Source of the DNA: Klebsormidium nitens
Taxonomy: Eukaryota; Plantae; Klebsormidiophyceae
Length of the DNA: 64,000 nucleotides
Reading direction: 5' to 3'
Assembly (NCBI GenBank): GCA_000708835.1
Contig: DF236953.1
Location: 358,990 to 422,989, forward strand
In this document: piece by piece, positions 35,501-46,300 of the stretch
How the letters are laid out: each line of letters begins with the position of its first letter
Position numbering within the stretch: position 1 is the first letter of the stretch
Made by a program: the position numbers and the translations under genes
The notes under the pieces: model-generated
Databases searched by the model: none
Told to the model about the DNA's origin: nothing
The model's input: only the letters and a program-made list of their open reading frames with translations

Positions 35501-38500
35501 GAACCCTTCTTAGGGTACTCTCAGACAATTAGCCAAACATTATGGCGATCACATGATCTGAGTGGGGCGCCTGTTGTTCAATAATCTCGTGTGCCGGAGC
35601 GGAGCTTACGAGACTGTCATCTGTGTTCCAGGTCAGATTGTATCGTTCGCGGGGGTCTTCTGATACCTGAGCGCACAGAGGGACATGGAATCCATCCAAA
35701 AGTCGGGAGCAGTAGCATCGGAATACCCAAAAGCTGGCCTGTAAAAATACTTCAAGGGGTACTTTTTATGGCACCACACTGCAAGTGACTTGCGTTTCAC
35801 GCGACTTACCGGACTCAGTGAGAAGACCTGTAGAAAAGCGAAGCCACTGAAGTAGAAGATTGTTCTTATGACGTGGGCAAAAGTTGACGTCATTCTTTTT
35901 TCGGCAGGTCCCGTCAGCGGACCACATCTTTGCGTTGCTTAGAGAAGGGAACAAGCGGAGGAAGACCGAAAGCACCGACGCAAATGCGACCTCGTCCAGG
36001 TAGGGGCTCAAATGATTTCGCCCTCGCAACCGCTTCGAAGCTCAGAGATCAAGTGTGCGCCGTCAGACGATGCGGGTTCCGGAGACTAGCTGATCAGTCT
36101 GCCAAAAGCGGTTGCGCTGCTCTCGCCGTGCCCTCCATTCAAAGATGTTCTTCGCTAAATCAAGGCAGTCACTTGTTCTTAAGCGACAGACTTGCTTCAC
36201 GGAATGCGGAATACTTTATACCCACTCACTTATCGTTGGAAGTAGAAGACAAGACGGTTATTTTGGAGTTTTACTACGGGGCCTAGCGGCTCAATACCCT
36301 TTCGGGTTAATATTGCAAAAGGGCGATGGACTCAACCCATTGGTCGTTAACAGAAAGCCGCGCTAGACCCCGCCAAAGTCTGCTCAAAGGTGCGCATTGT
36401 TTTGAAACATCGAAACCCAATCCCTACTAACGCCTCGCTAACCCCTGCAGGTCGCACCCTGTGCTGGCAAAAAACTGTACCCACAGCGACAGAAACTTCT
36501 GGTGAAGCAGTCATAATAAAATTTCAAGGAGAATTTTCGCTTATGGAAACCCAATTCTACTAACCCGTTGCTAACCCTCGCTAAACCCGGCAGGTCGCAC
36601 GCGGTGCTGGAGATCCTGTGCACCCGCAGCGACAAGAACTGCTACGCGAAGCGGTATCATAATCTTCGAAGTTTTTATCGCAGATCCTTAACGTGAAAAA
36701 GCCCAAACCCTGCTAATTCCTGGTTAAATCCTCGCAGGTCGCACGCGGTGCTGGAGATTTTGTGCACCCGCAGCGACAAGAACTGCTACGCGAAGCAGGT
36801 GTACCAGGGCAAGCTGGCGCTGGTGGACCTCGCGGGCGCGGAGCGCGCGCACGAGACGAACAACGCGGGGCGGCAGCTGCGCGACGGGGCCAACATCAAC
36901 AAGAGCCTGCTCGCGCTCGCCAACTGCATCAACGCGCTGGGCAAGCGGAAGGTGAGCGGAACCGGAACTTGTACGCGTGTCGCCACATGCCATCAGATGT
37001 TGAGTCTGGACTAAGTTTCACTGGAGCGAAGGCATGGTGGAGAAAATTAAGAGAGCCTGCTAGGCTCGCCATCTGCATCAACGCGCTGGCAAGCGGAATG
37101 TGAGCGGAACCGGATCCCTTTGGAAAGTTCAGGCTTCCGTGAGAGACAGGCGGTGACTTCGCTTGAAACTTTGCTTCGGCTCAAACGAACACGTTGTCGG
37201 AAGAGAGCCTGCTGAAGCTCGTCAACTGCAGCAACGCGCTGAGTCAATGGAAATTTGCTGTCCGGAAACAAGTCCCATCAAATTACGGCCAGTATGTGGA
37301 ACTAGAGAAGGATTGAGCGAGCGTAGGGCCGACACGAAAAAAGACCGTTGGCCAACCCTAGAAGCAAAGTTTTCTAGGAAGCAGTTCAGATCTCGAGGGT
37401 AAAATCTCTCATGTTTTACGGCCTATTCGGTGTTAGGTTAGAATTTGATAGAGCAATCCCACTAAAGATACATGTGTTTGAATGGAGGGTTGGCCCACGC
37501 AGAGCCATCCGCGCAGAACGTTTGAACGGGTCGGCAAGAGCAGAGGCTGAAAAAAGCAAAAAATGTCGCAGGTGAGGGTTCAATTTCTTGAGCAGCTGAA
37601 GCTTTGTGTGTCAACGTTCAACCCGTTCCGCTGCAGAAAAAGGAGTTCGTCTTCGTTCCGTTCCGGAATTCCAAGCTTACGCGGCTGCTCAAGGACGGGC
37701 TGTGCGGTAACAGCCGGACGATCATGGTGGCCACGGTCTCGGCGTGCAATCAGCAGTACCATCACACCGTCAACACGCTGAAATACGCAAACAGGTGCGG
37801 CGCAGCAATCTCGCCACAATGGCTGAACTTTGTCGAGTTACAAAAGCCTTTCGTCTAGAAGTGGTGGGCTTGCTGTCATACTTTCGAGAGTGATTCATCT
37901 GTTTTAACTTTCTGGCGCTCTCTGTCAAATATACGATGCCGATTCAACTTCGACAAGGTTTGAGCTGAGAGATGACCACTCTCAAAGCCCTGAGGGGTTA
38001 GATTTCTAACGTCCTTCTTTTCAGAAGTCTCTATAAAATGATGTGATAGGTTGGTCGAGGCGTCCAGAAATTTGAAACAGTACGATCAATTTGTCTTGCG
38101 AAAGGGGCGTGACTGTGCTCCTTCAGCTGAAAGTGTCGTCACATGCGGTCACTCTGGGAATGAGCGAAAGTATGAGCCGTGCCCGCTTCTCTTGCAGGGC
38201 AAAAGAGATCAAGACCCATGTGCGCCGCAACCAGGGCACTGTAGACACCCACATCAAAGAGTACCAGAAAATGATCGACAATCTGCAACAAGAGGTCCGG
38301 ACTTTACGGGGCGAGCTCACGCTCGCGCGCACGGGCAGGTTCTCAGCGGAGAGTTTGCAGGGTTTGGAGCGCGAGCCGAGCGACGCGGCCGCGCTCCTCG
38401 CGCGGTCGCCGAGCATCGCGTCGGTGTCGCCCGAGGAGAGCGACGGCGCGGGCGCGCGCATCGACACGGAAATCGCGCGGCTCGCGCGCGAGCGCGAGGG

Positions 38501-41469
38501 GGTGTCGGAGGCGCTGTACCGGATGGACGAGGAGATCGTGGGGTGTAACAGCGAGATACAGCAGTGGCAAAATAAGGAACTGTTGGGGATAAGTTTGCTG
38601 GGGCGAAACAGGCTGGGGGAAACAACGGGAGTACGTGGAGAGTCAGAAGTTGAGCAGGCGGAAAAGAAGTGCGATGGGGACGAGTCGGCAGGGGGCCGGT
38701 CGCCGCGTCAAGGAAAGGGTTTAGGGGAGGGTTTGGAACGGACAGCGACGACCGCGAGTGACGTCAACGCAAGTTTGGACGCGTCGTGGTTGGGTGCGAG
38801 CGGCGAGCACGCGCAGATGTTCTCTGAGGCGATCTCGGACCTGCGCGAGTGCGAGCGCGCAGAAAATCGAAGCGACGACGGAGCAGAAGCGCCGGGGACA
38901 TCTTCGGAGCCTAAAAACGAAAATGACAAGACAACGCGGAATGATAACCCTAGTGGCTCGAACGAGATTGAGGAGAAGTTGAAAGTCATAGAAAATGAGC
39001 GCGGGCGGCTGCGCGAGGATCTGTCGGCCGTGGACGACGCGCTGCGCGCGCTGGATATCCGGATAGACCGCGAGGTTTTAGAGGCGACGCGGCGCCGCGC
39101 GTTGCATCTAGAGATAGAGCTAGTGTCCGCGCGCGGTGGGCGCAAGGAGGCGGCGCGCGCGATCGAGTCGCGGAACGAGATCATCGATGAGCAGGCGGAG
39201 GTCATCTCGGCGTTGTGGTACGGCGTTTTTCCCGCCTCCTTTCGGAGCACTACTTTCCCCTTCCCGAAAAGGATGTTTCAAAAGCTATGTACGACAAGTT
39301 TTCTGCTTCCGACCGCATTCTAACACCCAAATCACTGCAGAGGGAAAGGAAAGCTTGTTTCAGAAAATATCAAAGATACCTCGTGCTTTCCCGTCGAATC
39401 AAATCAAACAAAGGCATCTCGCTTGATGTGGAGGCTTGCTCGATCAAAGAATTCTGCTGCGCTCAAAAACCGACTTTCTTCTCCGTCTTCGCAGGCAAGT
39501 GCTGGAATGCGCGGGCATCGACAAGCCGCGCGCTTTGGCGATCGCAAAAGAGGGCGGCCTGCTCAAGGGCAGTCTAAGCCGGGCGGCGAGCGTCTCCGAC
39601 GCGGCCGCGTCGCCGGAGCTCGCGGCCGGCAAGGCCGTGCGGCGGCGGCAGCGCTCGCTGGGCGGAACGCGCGCGAGCAGACGATTCGCCTTTTGGCAGG
39701 TAGGCACGTTCGCCTTCGACAAGCTGGACTATACATCCCTGATCTATAGAAGGTTGAGCACGAGTTACATGTCGCACGAACTTGTCGGCAACACGAATCA
39801 GGACGGTCGGATTGCTTGGCGCGGCTCGCATTCATAGTAGCCTGGTTTCGCTGGGGGCTTTGATAACGTCCAACTAGTTGCGCTCTTTGCTCACGAGCGC
39901 CGCTGTCACATAGACGGGCAAAGCAGGTTCGTCTCAAACCCAGCAAGTTTAATTCGTCGACATTCTGCAATAAGTTGAGCCTTTCGGGACCGCACAAGGC
40001 TTCGGCAGTGCTTGTTGAGGCGCACGGGAGATGCACCTTGTTTAGTCGCTTGCCAAGACTACCTCTTGCGGGATCCAGACACTAAAGCCCTCTGAGTCCG
40101 TCAACTTTGGTTGCAGGAGCGGCTCAAGGACCTTCCGCTGATACGCACTCCGTCCGCGCCGCCCACCATTCGGAACGTCGCCGTCGAAAGTCCGCCGCCT
40201 CTGCCTAGCGTGGGCATCATCGACGATAAGCACGAGCTGTTGCCCCCCACGGGGTGGGACAGCGCCCGCTCGTCAGAACCTGTGCTCATGAGCCATGTGA
40301 GTCGGCTATAATTTCTCAAATGTGGCTGGAGGAGTATGTGTTATTCTCTTCATGGTTGGATGCCTGATGCCTTTGTCGGATGAGATCCTTTTCTGTTCTC
40401 AAAGAGCATCAAGAAAAGTTCTCTCCTTTTGCGAGGCTCAGCAGAGCAGTGGCTTTCCTATCGTCCGGAAACGGCGTTGGAAGGACGCGTCAGCAAGATC
40501 GCCGACTGCTCTGATGTATTTCCGCCCAGTACCAGAATGGTAGAACAATCTGAGCCTAGACTGCTGGGTTGCTAAGAATAATCGGTCAACCACTTACGTT
40601 AAGGGCGGCGTATTTGAAAGAGGTGAGTAAATCTTTTGGATATTGTGAGGTGCTTGTTCAAAATGAGACCCGGTGGACTGGCCCTCATTGGGGCCCTCAT
40701 TGATCTGACCCAAATTGGGGCCGCTAAGCTCGTCCTTAACATGAAGCTCGTCCTTTTTCGTGCAGCAATCTACGCCCGGAAGGCTGTCCAAGCCCTCCCG
40801 ATCATACAACGCTTACGTCAGCCAGCAGCGGTCACCATCCTCTGAGGTACTCAACCCGGACCTCCTTTCTGCAGCTCTCCGTCAGCATGATCGGCATTGG
40901 TTTGGTATTGGCGGCACTGCAAATAGTCGCAAGAGTCATCATTGAAAAGCCGGCAGCCTTTACGGGCACTCGACTGATTTGAAGGAATTCCAAACCCTCC
41001 TTCTGAAGTGCAAGGCTTGATCGACTTCTTTCAAAGTCAGCCTTGCCAGTCAAAAAGTCCGTCAGTTTCCCGGATCCAGTTGGATAGCTACAGAGCCCTC
41101 TCGCCCATCGAACGTTTTGCTCGATTCGTCATCCTTGTGAATTGACTCACAAAGAAAGGTTTTGCGGTGCAGTTCCATATGTGGATTCCACAGTCTCAAT
41201 CCTTACAATCCTGTTTGCAGTCTCCCCGGGCACGGCCCCACACCGGCGAGTCCCGGCCGGTCCCTACCGGTCGCAAACTTGCGAACGTCCATCCCCCGAT
41301 CAGTCACCCCGGCAGAAACGGTCCGGTTGCCCGGGGGAACAACCCGGTCCATCCAAGAGCAAGCTCCCGCTTCCGCTTCCCGGCGAAAGCGCGGGGGATT
41401 CTGAGCCTAGCACACATACAGGAAGCACGGTCGGGGTCTGACTCTGACCGGAAGAGAGAACCGGCCTGA
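32539..41469 (+). CDS. KIN8B: Kinesin-8 motor (plant kinesin-8B type), 13 exons
   Basis: Exons 32539-32678, 33307-33419, 33958-34040, 34443-34634 (P-loop [10 protein letters not shown]), 35122-35256 (SYMEVYNE), 35908-35999 (NATSSR), 36738-36951 (SHAV...DLAGAER...[16 protein letters not shown]), 37637-37794 ([15 protein letters not shown]...[11 protein letters not shown]), 38198-39217 (AKEIKTHV...coiled coil), 39495-39699, 40117-40296, 40766-40846, 41221-41469. The last exons are less certain. Confidence 0.93.
36415..37255 (+). repeat. Tandem echoes of the acceptor and donor of kinesin exon 36738-36951
   Basis: CAGGTCGCAC...CAGCGACA(A)GAA occurs at 36448, 36591 and 36735 (~145-bp period). The AAGAGCCTGCT...TGCATCAACGCGCTG...GTGAGCGGAACCGG segment occurs at ~36901, ~37049 and ~37201 (~150-bp period). 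Confidence 0.9.
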
Positions 41470-43376
41470 AGAGCGTTTGCAGGGTTTGAATTTGATGCCA
41501 CCCACGATGTGCCGGAAGAAGAGTGTACTCAGTCGCGGATCGAGTCACGAGAAAAGGTCTTGACCCAGTCCGAACTTCTCGCCATTGTCATCCACTGTCA
41601 GAATGTTTGCACCCGTGTTTTGAAGTCGATGTTCACGAAAAGGAGACGCGAAGAATGATGGGAGCTCTCAAACAGGAAACCAACGTACTTATGGTAGTCA
41701 AAACGTGACTACCGAAAGGACGTAGCTCTGTGTGAAACCGTGTCACGACGTTCTGCCTTCTCCGAAGGGGGTCGTTAAGATGGCACTGTTGAACCTCATC
41801 AATCAATACGAGCCTGAGCTGAACGTGTAATACGAAGGAAGGTGCTCAGTAGGGAGGAGCGAATGCTTTTCTGTGTCGACCGTCCATCTGCAGCTTGTGC
41901 ATGACGTGAAGATTTTCTGGCTGCCATGCGTCTTCTGCATGGGCCGGAGTCTAGTACTCGTGGCCACTGATCTGGTTCCATCAAAAATGGTCCAGTAGCG
42001 TGAGCTATGGTCATATCACGACAAGACCAGTGGGCCCGACCAGAGTTCTTGTTATCATGTACTGGGCATGTATGGTGAGCACATGGGCCAGTAAGTCCAG
42101 TATCCTTTGAGCAACGATGGCCCTTGGTACGGCTCACGATATATAGTCGTTCAACTGAGCGCTCGCCCATTCCAAGTCGAGGCTTTCTCCGCCGATCGTT
42201 CAGTCGTATAGGTCGCTCGCACCACAGTTAAACAACCAAGGGCTTTTTGGAAAGTGTGAGATAAAGCGGCTCCGCAGCTTGCACGGATTGATGCGGATTG
42301 AATCAGGTGGGCACTGACTTCTTGGAGGCCGCCTGCAAAAAATGATGCTCCGGAAAATTATCTGGAGTCTGGAAAGTCTATCCAAAGCCAAAGACACTTT
42401 TGGATCGAGCAGAATAAGAGTCGAACGCTTGTAGATGCACAGGCCGGTAGGTGCTGGCAGATTGTCCCTCCGATGCTTTGCAATAAGTAGCTCTTACTCA
42501 CCATATTCTCACTGGCACTTGAATCAATTAGGCAACAGATACTTGCATCATATCCCTTCAAGTCGGTGTCGACTCGTACTAAGTGCGGATTGCCGATAAC
42601 TGAACAAGTCGGACACTTGCAGCTCGGTTCTCACGAAAACGGGCGGGTCCGGGCACTGCCAAGCAGGCCGCCCGGGCGGCGGCCGGGCCGCCCCGCTGCA
42701 GTGGCCGCCGCGGCGCCGCACCTTGTAATTCGTGAGCACTGAGCAGTGAGCTGGCACCGTACGCTGTACGGTCGAATCGCTGTAATTAACTTGTAAGTGT
42801 GCCATAAAGGCAGACTAAATCCCTTGATTGCCGCAAAGTCAACTGTCAAACCTCTGTCGTCATTGGTGTCTGGATGTAACGGTGCCGTAGCCATGGCTCG
42901 ACGCCGAAACGCTATCCTACAGGTGGCGGTAAAAGGGCGTAAAGTATTGGACAAACTCCGACAAAGTCCGAAGAAGTGGACTGGCGTTTCGATCGGCGTT
43001 CTGGCGATCTCTGCGGGAGCTTGAACTCCGAATCCGTACTCTTCGCAAGTCTACACTGTGCACGTCGTCAGAAATTCCGTCTCGCTCTTCAGCTATACTA
43101 GAGCCTAGCCACCATTGAAAACCAGCGGAAGGATTGCCGCTCTAGCCGCCTCCCACGTCAACGCCCTGATGCCAGCTCGCAGTGGCGACTTTAAGTTTGA
43201 GGCCCTGAAAAACACTGCAAGCTTTGCTTAATTTGAATGGGATATTGTACACAGTACAGCTGCTTCTGCGTCCGTGGGTTCCAACTTGCATTCCACCCAT
43301 CAGCTCAGCAACGGCCAATTCCGAGTTTTCGCCTCACGGAATCTCCCCACAGGAGCTTTCTCTGGCGTGCACCACA

Positions 43377-46300
43377 ATGGCCGCGGTCGAGACCCAGTCG
43401 CCTGTGGACGCCCTCCAAAAGTCCCTGGGGAATGCGCTTCTGACGTCCGCTTCTCCTGCTGAGGACCTCGCCGCAGCGACAGCTGTCTTCAATGGCTTCA
43501 TCCCAAAGAGGAAGCCGGAGGAGATTGTGGTGGCCACAGGGGTTGCTGACGTCATGGCGGCCGTCAAGTATGCCAATGCAAAGGGCCTCAAGGTGAGGGT
43601 GTCCCTTGGCAGGAGGGTCTTTGAGGAGCCACACAGCTTTCAAAATGTTTTTGCGCAAAAAGTTGAGCTTCAACATGGGGCAATTGCAAGGAATGCTTTT
43701 TGTTTTCCTGACTTCTCAGACTTAGGAGCCCACCTTCAGCTCAGTCTTTGTATAAGTTCGCTGAGTGTATTCCAATTGTGCATTTTTGTTGAACGGGGAA
43801 GAAACTCCCTAAATTGTCACAATTTGCCAGGGAATGAGGGGCTCAGAATGGAAAATGCACTTTGACATGATGGGCTGTCCTTGCTTCAACTCTTATTCTG
43901 CCGCAGTCAAATGAGTATCCCCCTTTGAGGTGTTGACACAAAACTCATCAGCTTTCCCTACCTCTTGAAATATCGGATTCTGTATTTTTTCCCTTTTTCT
44001 GGTGAGAATCTGTGTCTTGAATCTTCTGTTGGCTCAGTTGAGAAGGGCCTCCTAAAAGGGTTTGTGTCAAGGCCTTGAGACAGTTGTGAGGTTCACAGAA
44101 GCTCACCAAATTACAAAGGATGCGAGGAGCAGCTAAAGCTACAATGCCGCAGTAGGCCATAAGAAAGTAACAGCTATTTGACTTGTCTGGACTCCAACAA
44201 ATTGGTGAGGTCTTCCTAGAATCTCTGCATGAGCTGGTACAATGTCACTCTTCCTGGTTGCTGGAACCAGGTAATCAGGTGCCCTGATACTTTGTGCTAC
44301 AATTCCATGCTCATCCAGGCTTTCACACTAAGCTTGAAATGCAAGGGTGTTGCCCTGTTTGCACATTTCAACAAAGACATGGTTTGGTGACCAAACACGT
44401 GCTTTCCCTTTGCTGCTAGCTCTTTCTGGCCATGGGTCTCTGCTGAACACTTTGACAGAACCGGTACATTCTGGCGTTGTCATATAGAGCTGCTATCTGG
44501 TCACCTCTGAGGCTTCCTCTTGACCTTTTTCAAAACCCTAAAGCCCAACAACTTCTCAAGTGTCTTGAAACTCGTGACAGGTGTCAGTTAAGGCCAATGG
44601 GCACCACTGGCAGGGGTCCGGTCTCCGGGAGGGCAGCCTGCTCATCAACCTGGAAAAGCTCAAGGGCGTCCGTATTGATGTCGAAAAGGTTAGCTTCTGG
44701 ACTGTTCACACAAAACCTAGTGATCCTTATCCGAATGATATTAGGTTACAAGAAAGTGCTGATCAGGCTGCATTGGCCTGACGTGCTGCAGCCGAGAGAC
44801 GGTGTTCGAGAGAGATATAACTCTGCTTATAATAAGAACTCACTCCAACCTGTCCTTTTTGTCATCCGATTCATGCTCATGATTCCAAGCTCATACCGCC
44901 AAGCTCATCCAATCTCGACGTTGCTCTGGAAAGGTGATAATGCGTCAGCTTCGTAGGCCTGCCTGACATTTCCTCGTCATAATCACAACAACCGGCGCGA
45001 TACTTCAAGGGGTTCTGGTAACGTGCACCCCAACCCCCCCCTCTGCAGAAAACCGCGTCCGTCCAGCCTGGCGTGACAGCCATTGATCTACACAAGGAGG
45101 TGTCGGCGGTCGGGCTCTACTTTCCAGGGGGACACTGTCCCACAGTTGGCATCAGCGGTTACACTTTGAACGGGGGGTATGGCTGGAACTCAGGGTGAGA
45201 ATAAGCTCAAAAGGAGGCAGTGCTTGCTTTTTTGCCCCTTGTTGAAGAAGCTGAGAAGCTTGCCTTGAGGTCAATTGCTACCGACCACCGCAATAGGTTG
45301 TTTCTCGCAATCCCAGGGTGGAAAGCATGTGAAGCATACGATTTGTGCCTTCGTGCTGATCCATCCGTCTCTGCTGGACTCCATACAACCAAAACATGTA
45401 CACGTGTCAACCTTTTGTAAAAGCAGAGACCCGGAGCGATGCCCAATCTTCAGGTCTTATGTAGTTGCATCGCAGACGCCCTGTTTTTGAAGCTTTTAGC
45501 CATAGGAACGGTAACGAAGTTTTTTGAATCCCAAATGATTGCGATCCCCAAATGCTTGCAATCCTAGCTCATCTCGTCCATTCACTCGCAGCCACGTGGG
45601 CTCGGCCAGCGACCACCTAATCTCCATCGACGTCGTTTTGGCCGATGGATCCTTCGTCAGAGTGAGAGCGTTACCTCGTCTGTTGCATTGAACTTGTGAG
45701 AATGAAGTTGCAATAGGTGGAAGTCAGATTGTCGAAGCGATAAAGCCTCTGCCCGTTGACGGTCTGAGGAGCCGTACTTCCAGTAGAAAATCGAAGTTTC
45801 TGATTGCTGAATCTCGTGGCTTTCAGCCCCGTAAGATAGGGGCAAAGTAACTTCGGCGTTTTTTGAAACTTCCACGTACAGTCGATACCTGCCGGCTTTT
45901 TAACCGCAGACTTTGGTCTCGTTATGTGCAAGTCTTTTGGGGTTTGGAAATGGTTGGAGGCTATGAGAACAATGTCCTGACCTGACAGATTTAGTGATTG
46001 CCAGGAGATCAACAGATCCACACAGCCGTCCGATAAGGTCGATCGTTTACCGGCTTGAAAGGAAAGCCGAGCCGGCTCGAAACGTAATTTTATTGCTCCG
46101 GCCAGAAGAGACCCCCTTCCTGATTGTTTAGTTCAACGTGAACTTCAAAACGACCTTTAGTAGGGTTTCCTGCCCAGAACATCTTCAAAAGAGGGCCCTG
46201 AAAAAGCGTCTGTCGACCAACCTGCACGTGAATCCAAAGAGTTTTTCCAAAGAAATTCTGGTTGGATGCAGACTCCCGGCCAGAAACTTTCAAGAAAGTG

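Noticed and set aside
36415-37255. Regular ~145-bp repeats as a CRISPR-like array
   Set aside because: Eukaryotic intron. The repeats are copies of the neighbouring exon, long and divergent, and there are no cas genes.
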